This document shows positions 7,480-17,627 of a DNA stretch of 24,000 nucleotides, one piece after another. The notes beneath the pieces are model-generated. The model saw nothing but the letters and a program-made list of their open reading frames with translations. It did not search any database and was not told where the DNA came from. The first letter of the stretch is position 1. Each line of letters starts with the position of its first letter. Source of the stretch: Bacteroidaceae bacterium (GTDB taxonomy: Bacteria; Bacteroidota; Bacteroidia; Bacteroidales; Bacteroidaceae); assembly GCA_017524545.1 (NCBI GenBank), contig JAFXVN010000040.1:50985-74984 (forward strand), read 5' to 3'. Position numbers and translations under genes: made by a program.

Positions 7480-8793
7480 ATGAAGTTTTATGACCGAACA
7501 AACGAACTGCAAATACTGGCAGACATTGAGAAACAGTCGATGAAGTCGTCCACCTTTACTGTCCTGACAGGGAGGCGGCGTGTTGGCAAGACATCACTCA
7601 TCACTCATGCGATGGATGGCAAGACATACGCCTATCTTTTTGTGACAAAGGACAGGGAAGCTATGCTTTGTCAGAAGTTCCAGACGGCATTGGAGGAACA
7701 GATAGGATTGAAGGTCTATGGTACACTGAGCCGTTTCCGTGATGTCTTCAATGTCATCATGGAGGAGGCAAAAAGGCGGCATTTGACTGTGGTATTCGAC
7801 GAGTTCCAGACACTCTACAGCATCAATCCCGCCATCTTCAGCGAGATACAGGATGTGTGGGACCGTCATCACAATGAGGCACGCATCAACCTTATTGTAT
7901 CAGGCAGCATACAGTCGCTGATGAGACGTATCTTTGAGGAGAAGAATGAGCCGCTGTATGGCCGTCCAACGTCCAAGTTCGTCTTGCGTCCCTTCACCGT
8001 CAACGTGCTTAAACAGATTCTCGCTGATGCCTGTCCTACCTATTCGCCGGAGGACTTACTTTGTCTATATATGTTAACAGGCGGTGTGGCAAAGTATGTG
8101 GAGCTCCTTATAGATGCTGGCTGTACCACAAAGGAGAAGATGCTGAACTATGTCTGTCGTCAGGATTCCTACTTCCTCAGCGAAGGTCGCGACCTGCTTG
8201 GGAATGAGTTTTCTGGCGACTTTGGCACATATTTCTCCATTCTTCAGTTGATTGCCAGCGGGCAGACGAGACGAAGTGACATTGACGGAGCGCTTCAAAA
8301 GGACATGGGAACTTATCTCCAGAACCTTGAGAAGAATTATGAGATGATTTGCCGGCAAAAGCCTTTGCTTGCAAAAGACAATAGCAAGGTTTCGTCCTAC
8401 GAGATACGCGACAACTTCCTGCGTTTCTGGTTCCGCTTCGTTTATCCTTACCAGTCTGTCATAGAGCGTGGCATGTCACCGATGCTTAAAAAGAACATTC
8501 TGGAGAAGTATGAGCAGTTTACAGGTCGCACCCTGGAGCGATACTTCCAAGACAAGCTTATGGAGACGCAGCAATATACGCAGATAGGGAACTGGTGGGA
8601 TCGTAAAGGGGAGAACGAAATAAACCTGGTCGCTATCAATGAGTTTGACCATACAGGCATTGTTGCCGAAGTGAAACGTAATCCCCGCAAAATCAGTATG
8701 CAGGCATTAGAAGAGAAAATAGCTCACCTCCCTGCTTCAGACTTTGGCAGATACGACCTGCAACTGAAAGCGTTCTCGATGGAGGATATGTAA
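7480..8793 (+). CDS. AAA+ ATPase of the archaeal-ATPase/DUF234 type (COG1672-like)
   Basis: 437 aa with Walker A GRRRVGKTS and Walker B VVFDEFQ. It also has the DUF234-like IRDNFLRFWFRFVYPY block and a C-terminal WWDRKGENEINLVAI....AEVKRN segment. Confidence 0.85.
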   Translation: MKFYDRTNELQILADIEKQSMKSSTFTVLTGRRRVGKTSLITHAMDGKTYAYLFVTKDREAMLCQKFQTALEEQIGLKVYGTLSRFRDVFNVIMEEAKRRHLTVVFDEFQTLYSINPAIFSEIQDVWDRHHNEARINLIVSGSIQSLMRRIFEEKNEPLYGRPTSKFVLRPFTVNVLKQILADACPTYSPEDLLCLYMLTGGVAKYVELLIDAGCTTKEKMLNYVCRQDSYFLSEGRDLLGNEFSGDFGTYFSILQLIASGQTRRSDIDGALQKDMGTYLQNLEKNYEMICRQKPLLAKDNSKVSSYEIRDNFLRFWFRFVYPYQSVIERGMSPMLKKNILEKYEQFTGRTLERYFQDKLMETQQYTQIGNWWDRKGENEINLVAINEFDHTGIVAEVKRNPRKISMQALEEKIAHLPASDFGRYDLQLKAFSMEDM

Positions 8794-8808
8794 GTAAAAG
8801 CCTTTGTA

Positions 8809-9456
8809 TCAGGAATCAAGTATGATTCTTAGAACCAAACTTTGAGATACTTGCATCCATGTAAGGGTATTGTGCAGGTGAGTTCGCCTTCGGAGAGATT
8901 CTTCTGGCGCAAGAACTTCTGCATGGCCAATCATGTCTGCACCCACCTTCGGCGTGAACTCCTGCGAAGCCTTTCCCTTTGCATTCTCGGCCACTACGGT
9001 AAAGGTAAGGATAGCAGGCTTGTCAATCTTTCCACTCAGCACGCCGCTTTCCGTGAGCTGGAGGCCTTCGGGAAGATTGTTGCAGGTGAACTTCATCGGC
9101 TTCTCGCCCGATACGGGGAAACGATAGATGACGGGAGAGCCAGGACGCACGCCATAGACGGGGGCACCGTCACGCGCACAGGCTTGTTCCGCTTGAGTGA
9201 GAGTTTTTTGCTTAGGGACTTCACCGTGGCTCCCGTCTCGCGGTCGGTAATCGTGACATTCAGCGTGCCGTTGGTCGCGTTCATGTATGCATTGTTGACC
9301 TCAATGTCGTAATGATATTGCCCGACATTCGTCCATTTCGGGCTTGGCCCAACTGATGTCGTCGCCTTGCTAGAGAAGCGCCTTACTGATACTTACGTTT
9401 TGAGCATTTGTGCCTGCTGCCATGACAGCCATTAGCGCCACTACGAGAATCTTCAT
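8809..9456 (-). pseudogene. Decayed secreted protein with a putative-Ig (He_PIG-like) domain, probably the N-terminal part of a glycosidase
   Basis: The minus strand reads MKILVVALMAVMAAGTNAQNVSISKALL and then an in-frame TAG (9372-9370). The reading continues in two other frames (WTNVGQYHYDIEVNNAYMNATNGTLNVTITDRETG..., then VYGVRPGSPVIYRFPVSGEKPMKFTCNNLPEGLQLTESGVLSGKI). No catalytic domain follows. Confidence 0.55.
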
Positions 9457-9530
9457 AATGTTTTCATGATAGATTATTCTGGCACAAAGTAACAACAAAA
9501 TTATGTGATAAGATAGTTTAGGGCATATAT

Positions 9531-9561
9531 TTTGAGTATTTCAGAAAAAGATGTACCTTTG
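9531..9561 (+). promoter_or_regulatory. Bacteroidota promoter (-33 TTTG, 19 nt spacer, -7 TACCTTTG)
   Basis: TTTG at 9531-9534 and TACCTTTG at 9554-9561. This supports the ATG at 9622 as the true start rather than 9532. Confidence 0.55.
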
Positions 9562-9621
9562 CATGGGAAAACAAACAGCGAAAAGGAAGAACAACATATA
9601 AAAAACCAATCAGACAAGAAA

Positions 9622-10245
9622 ATGAAAGTCCTATTGATTAACGGTAGCCCCCGAAAGGAAGGTAACACCCACCTGGCTCTTAAAGAAGCCGCCAAGCAGT
9701 TAGAAAAGAACGGCATAGAAACAGAGATGCTTGAAATAGGAGCCACGCCTGTGCGCGGATGCATCGCCTGCAACCAATGCAAGATTAAGCCCTTCAGACG
9801 CTGTGTCTTCGACAGCGACCTCTGCAACCGAGCCATCGAACTCATGGAAGGGTGTGATGGTCTTATCGTCGGCTCTCCCACCTACTACGGCCAGCCCAAC
9901 GGAACGGTGCTCAGCCTGATTCAGCGCATGAGCTATGCCGGCTCACATGCGATGCAGAACAAGCCCGCCGCAGCTGTGGCCGTATGTCGTAGAGGCGGCG
10001 CTTCGGCAGTTTATCAGACGCTGCTCATGCCCTTCCAGATGCAGAACATGCCGATTGTCACCTCGCAATACTGGAACATTGTCTATGGCGCGATGCAAGG
10101 TCAGGCAGAGCTTGACGCGGAAGGAATGCAGACCATGCGGACGATGGCGGACAACATGGCTTGGCTGTTGAAGAAAATCCATACAGACGGCGCTCAGGAC
10201 ACTCCGCAGAGAGAACCCAAACAGGTGACGAGCTTTATCAGATAA
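9622..10245 (+). CDS. Flavodoxin-like fold NADPH-dependent FMN reductase / iron-sulfur flavoprotein family
   Basis: MKVLLINGSPRKEGNTHLAL...GCIACNQCK...GLIVGSPTYYGQPNG is the typical FMN_red/ISF signature. Confidence 0.8.
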   Translation: MKVLLINGSPRKEGNTHLALKEAAKQLEKNGIETEMLEIGATPVRGCIACNQCKIKPFRRCVFDSDLCNRAIELMEGCDGLIVGSPTYYGQPNGTVLSLIQRMSYAGSHAMQNKPAAAVAVCRRGGASAVYQTLLMPFQMQNMPIVTSQYWNIVYGAMQGQAELDAEGMQTMRTMADNMAWLLKKIHTDGAQDTPQREPKQVTSFIR

Positions 10246-10509
10246 ATCATCGGCGTCTGCGAGGCGTAGGCAATCACTTTTCTGGTTTGAGTAGCGTCAG
10301 CGTAATGACGAGCTGCCCGTGGCAGCCTGCCTCGTTGGTGTAAGTGCCGATGTACTTGCCTGCCATCTTCTCGTTGAAATCGAAGATTTGGTTGTGACGC
10401 TAACGTGACAGCAAAGGTACTAAGAAAAAAATGAGAAAATGGCAGCAAGTGCAGGGATATTTTTCGCAAGGAGCTATTTCTCGATTATAATCTGGACAAA
10501 GGCAGGCTT

Positions 10510-12309
10510 TTATCTGTTCACTACCTTCTCGAAGTAGTTGACAAAGGCTTGGTTGACGAGGCGGTTGCCGCCCGGGGTGGGGTACTTGCCGGTGAAGTAC
10601 CAGTCGCCTTGGTGGTCGGGACAGGCAGCATGAAGGCCTTCGATGGTCTGGAAGACGAACTCCACAGGCGCTTGCATCCCAGCAGGCCGCAGCATCTCTG
10701 CCATCTTGCGGTTGATGTCCTCGACGCTGAAAAGCTTGTATAAAGCAGAGACACAATTCTGCTGCTCATCCTTGGGCTTGCGGAGCTCGGCGAGACAAGC
10801 CTCGTAAGTGTCGTTCGTGAGCTGCCATAGACCACGCTCTTCGATGAGGGCAATGGTGGCGCGGAAAGCACAAAACTCCTCCAGCCGCGCCATGTCGATG
10901 CCGTAGTAGTCGGGGTAACGGATTTGTGGCGAACTGCTGACCATCACAATCTTCTTGGGATGCAAGCGGTCGAGAATCTTGAAAATGCTCTCCTTCAAGG
11001 TGGTGCCGCGAACGATAGAGTCGTCGATGATGACCAGATTGTCTTCGTAAGGTCGCAGCGAGCCATAGGTGATGTCATAGACGTGGGATGCGAGGTCGTT
11101 GCGAGAGCCAGCCTCGGTGATGAAGGTGCGCAGCTTGATGTCCTTCCAAGCCACCTTCTCGCTCCGCACGTTTAAGCCTTGGCTTCGCAGACCCTCCATC
11201 ATGCCATAGAAGGCGACCTCTGCCGTGTTAGGGATGAAGGAGAAAACGGTGTGGTCGGTATCGCCGTTGATGGCTTTAAGAATGGGAGCTGTGAGTTGTT
11301 GGCCGAGCTGCTTGCGCTCGTGATAGATGTCGCGGTCGGAGCCTCGGCTGAAGTAGATACGCTCAAACGAGCAGCGTGCCTGTGCCTTCTTCTCCAAGAT
11401 GGTCTCCAGAGAGGAACTGCCGTCCTTGTGTACGATGAGTGCCTGTCCTGCCGGCAACTCCTGCACATCCTCTACTTGCAGGTCGAAGGTGGTTTGCAGC
11501 ACAGCGCGTTCGCTGGCGACGGCAATCACCTCGTTGTCCTTGTGAAAGAAGGCCGGACGGATGCCCCAAGGGTCGCGCATGGCAAACATCTCGCCGCTGC
11601 CAGTCAGTCCGCACATCACATAGCCGCCGTCGTAGTCCTGCATCGTGGTTCGCAGCACATTGGCCATCTGCACGTGTCCCTCGATATAGTTGGTGATGTC
11701 TGTGTCCTGCAAGCCCAGCTCCTTTGCCTCCACGAAGCAACGCTCCACTTCCCTGTCGAGCCGATGCCCCATCCACTCCAGCGTGATGTACGAGTCGCTG
11801 TAGATGCGCGGCGACTGTCCTTGCCTGACCATCTTTGCGAAAATCTCGTCGATGTTGGTCATGTTGAAGTTCCCGCAAAGACACAGGTTCTTGGCTCGCC
11901 AGTTGTTGCGCCGCAGGAAAGGATGCACATATTGCAGCCCGCTCTTGCCCGTCGTGGAGTAACGGAGGTGGCCCATGTATAATTGACAATTGAAAATGGA
12001 TAATTGATAATTGGGACCTGCAGTGTCATTATCCATTGTCCATTGTCCATTATCCATTCTCTGAAATATTTCAGAAATAGCATCTTTGCCCTGCGCCCTT
12101 TCGCGGAACATGTACTCCATCCCGACGGGGGCATCCATGTTGACACAAGCGATGCCAGCACCCTCCTGCCCGCGATTGTGCTGCTTCTCCATCATAAGAT
12201 AGAGCTTGTTCAGGGCGTAAGACTTGGTGCCGTACTTCTGTTCGTAGTAGCTGATGGGCTTCAGAAGCCTCACCAAAGCCACACCGCATTCGTGCTTCAA
12301 CTCTTCCAC
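10510..12309 (-). CDS. purF: Amidophosphoribosyltransferase (long Bacteroidales type; class-II glutamine amidotransferase + PRTase)
   Basis: 599 aa with a GTG start and a short propeptide ending in the catalytic Cys (EELKHEC|GVALV). It has GHLRYSTTG and the PRPP motif LVIIDDSIVRGTT. It carries an in-frame AT-rich module at 11980-12057. Confidence 0.9.
   Translation of the reverse strand: MEELKHECGVALVRLLKPISYYEQKYGTKSYALNKLYLMMEKQHNRGQEGAGIACVNMDAPVGMEYMFRERAQGKDAISEIFQRMDNGQWTMDNDTAGPNYQLSIFNCQLYMGHLRYSTTGKSGLQYVHPFLRRNNWRAKNLCLCGNFNMTNIDEIFAKMVRQGQSPRIYSDSYITLEWMGHRLDREVERCFVEAKELGLQDTDITNYIEGHVQMANVLRTTMQDYDGGYVMCGLTGSGEMFAMRDPWGIRPAFFHKDNEVIAVASERAVLQTTFDLQVEDVQELPAGQALIVHKDGSSSLETILEKKAQARCSFERIYFSRGSDRDIYHERKQLGQQLTAPILKAINGDTDHTVFSFIPNTAEVAFYGMMEGLRSQGLNVRSEKVAWKDIKLRTFITEAGSRNDLASHVYDITYGSLRPYEDNLVIIDDSIVRGTTLKESIFKILDRLHPKKIVMVSSSPQIRYPDYYGIDMARLEEFCAFRATIALIEERGLWQLTNDTYEACLAELRKPKDEQQNCVSALYKLFSVEDINRKMAEMLRPAGMQAPVEFVFQTIEGLHAACPDHQGDWYFTGKYPTPGGNRLVNQAFVNYFEKVVNR
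11980..12057. repeat. AT-rich heptamer-periodic imperfect palindrome embedded in frame in purF (78 nt, 26 codons)
   Basis: The coding strand reads AATGGAT AATGGAC AATGGAC AATGGAT AATGAC, spacer actgcaggtc, then CCAATTAT CAATTAT CCATTTT CAATTGT CAATTA. It encodes MDNGQWTMDNDTAGPNYQLSIFNCQL immediately before the conserved YMGHLRYSTTG. Confidence 0.8.
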
Positions 12310-12367
12310 CTCTGCAATTTACAATTTGACGATTTACAATTTACGATTTATTTGTCGATTGGGCTAT
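12310..12367. repeat. Intercistronic AT-rich heptamer array (pyrG stop to purF GTG)
   Basis: The minus strand reads ...AATCGTA AATTGTA AATCGTC AAATTGTA AATTGcagagGTG. It is preceded by the CTATTTA G CTATTTA duplication that spans the pyrG stop. Confidence 0.85.
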
Positions 12368-14739
<2,372 letters not shown>

Positions 14740-14745
14740 GTGGAA

Positions 14746-14785
14746 GTGAATTATGAATTGTGAATTATGAATTATGAATTGTAAC
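14746..14785. repeat. Intercistronic AT-rich heptamer array (amtB end to porin ATG)
   Basis: The minus strand reads ACAATTCAT AATTCAT AATTCAC AATTCAT AATTCAC ttccacATG. The amtB stop (14772-14774) and its last codons lie inside the array. Confidence 0.85.
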
Positions 14786-16031
14786 AGAGTTCCCCATGCT
14801 CGTAAACATCCAGGCCCTCGTCCTCGATGCGGGCTGGCACTCGGAGACCGTGAAGCTTCTTGATGCCAAAGAAGAGAAGGAAGCCACAGGCGGCTGCCCA
14901 GAGGTCGATGATGAGAATGCCGAAGCACTCTGCTCCGAAGAAACCCCAGCCGTAGCCGTAGAGAGCGCCGTTGCTCGTGGAGAGCAGACCCGTCATTACA
15001 GTGCCGAGGATGCCGCAGACGCCGTGGACACTTGAGGCACCGACAGGGTCGTCGATGTGAAGCCTGTGGTCGATGAACTCGATGGAGAAGACCAAGACGG
15101 TTCCACAAACGAGGCCAATAACGACGGCACCGACGGGCGAAACGAGGTCGCAGCCTGCCGTGACACCCACAAGGCCAGCCAGCACGCCGTTCAACGTCAG
15201 GGAGAATGAGGGCTTCTTGTACCTCAGCCATGTAAGGAACATGGTGGCTACACCGCCTGCAGCTGCTGCGAGGTTGGTTGTCAGGAAGACGTGGCTGATG
15301 GCCATGCGATTGACCTCCCCACTGGCTGCCAGTTGTGAGCCTGGGTTGAAGCCGAACCATCCCATCCAGAGGATAAAGACACCGAGGGCTGCGAGGGTCA
15401 GCGAGTGGCCGGGAATGGCTCGGCTCTTGCCGTCCTTGCCGTATTTGCCTCGGCGAGCACCCAGTGCCAACGCTCCTATCAAAGCCAGCACACCGCCCAC
15501 ACTATGCACGATGGCCGAGCCTGCAAAGTCGTGGAAGACGTCGCCGAAGGTCTGCATCATGAAGCTATCTGCCGCATCATTGCAGAGCCAGCCGCCGCCC
15601 CAAGTCCAGTGGCCTTCGATGGGATAGATGAGCAGCGAAATGATGGCGCTATAGATGACGTACATTGAGAACTTAGTCCTCTCTGCCATCGCACCGCTGA
15701 CAATCGTGGCACTCGTGGCACAGAAGACCGTCTCGAAGATAAGGAAGCCCTCGACGGGCAATTCGCCCTTGTAGAAAGAGAGGTCGCCCCAATTGGGCAT
15801 CCCAATGAAGCCGCCAAGCGCGTCGGTACCGAACATCAGTCCAAAGCCCACGAACCAGAACAGCAACGAGCCGAACATGAAATCCACGAAATTCTTGAAG
15901 AGGATGTTGGCCGTGTTCTTGCTGCGTGTGAAGCCTGCCTCGCACAGCGCAAAACCCGGCTGCATGAAGAACACAAGCATAGCCGCCAACAACATCCATA
16001 CTGTATCTAATGAAAGTGCAATTTCGTTCAT
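14772..16031 (-). CDS. amtB: Ammonium transporter
   Basis: 419 aa with MQPGFALCEAGF, DFAGSAIVHSVGG, FGFNPGS, DDPVGASSVHGVCGILG and a C-terminal EGLDVYEHGE. Confidence 0.93.
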   Translation of the reverse strand: MNEIALSLDTVWMLLAAMLVFFMQPGFALCEAGFTRSKNTANILFKNFVDFMFGSLLFWFVGFGLMFGTDALGGFIGMPNWGDLSFYKGELPVEGFLIFETVFCATSATIVSGAMAERTKFSMYVIYSAIISLLIYPIEGHWTWGGGWLCNDAADSFMMQTFGDVFHDFAGSAIVHSVGGVLALIGALALGARRGKYGKDGKSRAIPGHSLTLAALGVFILWMGWFGFNPGSQLAASGEVNRMAISHVFLTTNLAAAAGGVATMFLTWLRYKKPSFSLTLNGVLAGLVGVTAGCDLVSPVGAVVIGLVCGTVLVFSIEFIDHRLHIDDPVGASSVHGVCGILGTVMTGLLSTSNGALYGYGWGFFGAECFGILIIDLWAAACGFLLFFGIKKLHGLRVPARIEDEGLDVYEHGELCYNS

Positions 16032-16073
16032 AATCCTTTTAATCTTTTTAACCTTTTATCTTTTTACTTTTTA
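16032..16073. repeat. Intercistronic purine-rich 7-9 nt array (glnK end to amtB ATG)
   Basis: The minus strand reads AAAAAGT AAAAAGAT AAAAGGTT AAAAAGATT AAAAGGATT ATG. The glnK stop (16064-16066) lies inside the array. Confidence 0.85.
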
Positions 16074-16411
16074 TCACGTAGTACCGTGTCACCATGTTCG
16101 CCTGTGCGGATGCTCCAGGTGTCAATTATGTCGCTCACAAAGATGCGACCGTCGCCTACTTCGCCCGTATGAGCTGTGTCGATGATGACCTTCACGGTCG
16201 GTTCTACAAACTGGTCGCGACACACGATGGTCAACGCCACACGCTCTATGACATCCGTCGAGTACTGGACGCCACGATAGATGCGCTCCTGTCGGCTCTG
16301 GCCGATGCCGTGCACGTCGTGATACTCAAACCAGTCAATGTCCGACGAGAGCAATGCCTCCTTGACATCCTCGAACTTGGTCTTCCTGATGATTGCTTCA
16401 ATCTTCTTCAT
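16064..16411 (-). CDS. glnK: Nitrogen regulatory protein P-II
   Basis: 115 aa: MKKIEAIIRKTKFEDVKEAL...GQSRQERIYRGVQY (T-loop)...TGEVGDGRIFV. It lies directly upstream of amtB. Confidence 0.93.
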   Translation of the reverse strand: MKKIEAIIRKTKFEDVKEALLSSDIDWFEYHDVHGIGQSRQERIYRGVQYSTDVIERVALTIVCRDQFVEPTVKVIIDTAHTGEVGDGRIFVSDIIDTWSIRTGEHGDTVLRDKK

Positions 16412-16467
16412 ACCTTTAATAGTTAATTAATGAGCGTCCTGTCTATCACATTGCAATGAAATCGCTG

Positions 16468-16500
16468 CAAAGGTATGGCAAATTGTCAATATCAACCAAA
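16468..16500 (-). promoter_or_regulatory. Bacteroidota promoter for the glnK operon (-33 TTTG, 21 nt spacer, -7 TACCTTTG, minus strand)
   Basis: The reverse complement of 16468-16475 is TACCTTTG and of 16497-16500 is TTTG. The glnK ATG is at 16411. Confidence 0.55.
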
Positions 16501-16537
16501 TAAATCAACCAAAAAGACAGTTTTTGTGGTATAACTA

Positions 16538-16551
16538 TTGACCTATGTCAA
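16538..16551. promoter_or_regulatory. Candidate regulator dyad TTGAC-N4-GTCAA in the divergent glnK/dapF control region
   Basis: TTGACCTATGTCAA is a perfect 5-4-5 palindrome with Crp/Fnr-like geometry, between the two predicted promoters. Confidence 0.25.
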
Positions 16552-16613
16552 CAAATCACTGCATTGTTGTGTGTTTTTGATGCATTATTGATGATTGTTC
16601 GCGCAAAACGATA

Positions 16614-16621
16614 TATCTTTG
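16614..16621 (+). promoter_or_regulatory. Bacteroidota -7 box (TATCTTTG) for the dapF operon
   Basis: It matches TAnnTTTG and lies 49 nt upstream of the dapF ATG. No well-spaced -33 TTTG was seen. Confidence 0.45.
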
Positions 16622-16670
16622 CAGCAGAATTAGACAGAATGACAGCGAAATACAATAAAATGGACGCAAA

Positions 16671-17492
16671 ATGAAACAAAAGATACACTTCACGAAGATG
16701 CACGGCTGCGGCAACGACTATATCTATGTTGATACATTATTATATAATATAGAAGAGCCGTCGAAGTTAGCCTGCCTGTGGAGCGACCGTCATAAGGGCA
16801 TCGGTTCGGACGGGCTGGTGCTGATAGGGCGCAGCCCCATCCCTGAAGCGGATTTCACGATGCGCATCTTCAATGCCGACGGTTCGGAAGCGAAAATGTG
16901 CGGCAATGCCAGCCGCTGCATCGGAAAGTATCTTTATGAAAAGGGACTGACCTTGCAAACCCAAATCAGGCTGCTCACGCTCTCTGGCGTAAAAGTACTC
17001 AGCCTGCATTTGAATGACGGCTTCGTAGAAAGCGTGACGGTCGATATGGGCGAGCCGATGTTTGAGAACCCTAAGCAGTTTATGCCTTGCAGCGAGATAC
17101 TGCCACGAGGGTGCTTCGTAAGCATGGGCAACCCTCATTATGTCGTCTTCGTGGGCGATGTGGAACATACTGATGTCGCAGGCAGAGGCTTGCGACTGGA
17201 AAACCACCCTGCGTTTCCTGAACGCGCTAACATCGAATTTGCCGAAATGCGTCCTGACGGCATTCGAGTGCGCGTTTGGGAGCGCGGCAGTGGCATCACG
17301 ATGGCCTGCGGCACAGGAGCCTGCGCTACGGCTGTGGCTGCCTGCAAGACTGGACGCGCCGGACGCAAGAACCGTATCATCATGGACGGCGGCACCCTCG
17401 ACGTCGAATGGCGCGAAGCAGACAACCACGTCTATCTGTCAGGGCCAGCAGAGTTTGTATTCGAAGGAGAAATCGAGTTATTTACTATTTGA
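16671..17492 (+). CDS. dapF: Diaminopimelate epimerase
   Basis: 273 aa with [15 protein letters not shown], the catalytic Cys motifs MCGNASRC and MACGTGACA, and SMGNPHYV. Confidence 0.93.
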   Translation: MKQKIHFTKMHGCGNDYIYVDTLLYNIEEPSKLACLWSDRHKGIGSDGLVLIGRSPIPEADFTMRIFNADGSEAKMCGNASRCIGKYLYEKGLTLQTQIRLLTLSGVKVLSLHLNDGFVESVTVDMGEPMFENPKQFMPCSEILPRGCFVSMGNPHYVVFVGDVEHTDVAGRGLRLENHPAFPERANIEFAEMRPDGIRVRVWERGSGITMACGTGACATAVAACKTGRAGRKNRIIMDGGTLDVEWREADNHVYLSGPAEFVFEGEIELFTI

Positions 17493-17587
17493 CGATTTAC
17501 TATTTACAATTTATTTTGTCATTTAGATATTTATTCATTCCGCAGTTAAAGTGAAATCGCCAAATAGTAAAGTCGTAAATAAATAGG
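17481..17587. repeat. AT-rich inverted repeat / long hairpin spanning the dapF stop
   Basis: TTTACTATTTGACGATTT (17481-17498) is complementary to AAATCGCCAAATAGTAAA (17554-17571) at 17 of 18 positions. The arms themselves contain TTTACTATTT direct repeats. Confidence 0.75.
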
Positions 17588-17627
17588 ACTCCGCGACTAC
17601 AATCGCGCCTTTGTCTTAAAGGATCAA

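Noticed and set aside
10274-10366. 30-codon minus-strand ORF (MAGKYIGTYTNEAGCHGQLVITLTLLKPEK) downstream of a TACCTTTG box (reverse complement of 10412-10419)
   Set aside because: It is too short to evaluate, has no -33 element, and the upstream in-frame sequence suggests a C-terminal fragment of a lost gene. It is recorded as a possible small protein or remnant only.
11179-11989. 267-aa plus-strand and 208-aa minus-strand alternative-frame ORFs within purF
   Set aside because: They are shadow frames of the strongly supported purF CDS and have no recognisable domains.
12061-12074. Perfect 14-bp palindrome CTGAAATATTTCAG adjacent to the purF AT-rich module
   Set aside because: Seven-bp arms are expected about once by chance in a window this size. 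It encodes ordinary residues (SEIFQ). It may belong to the module, but this cannot be shown.
14740-15360. N-terminal 206-aa extension of the 437-aa ORF containing the porin
   Set aside because: The extension overlaps amtB out of frame and is Arg/Pro/His-rich nonsense. A clean signal peptide begins at the internal Met (14739), just downstream of the intercistronic array.
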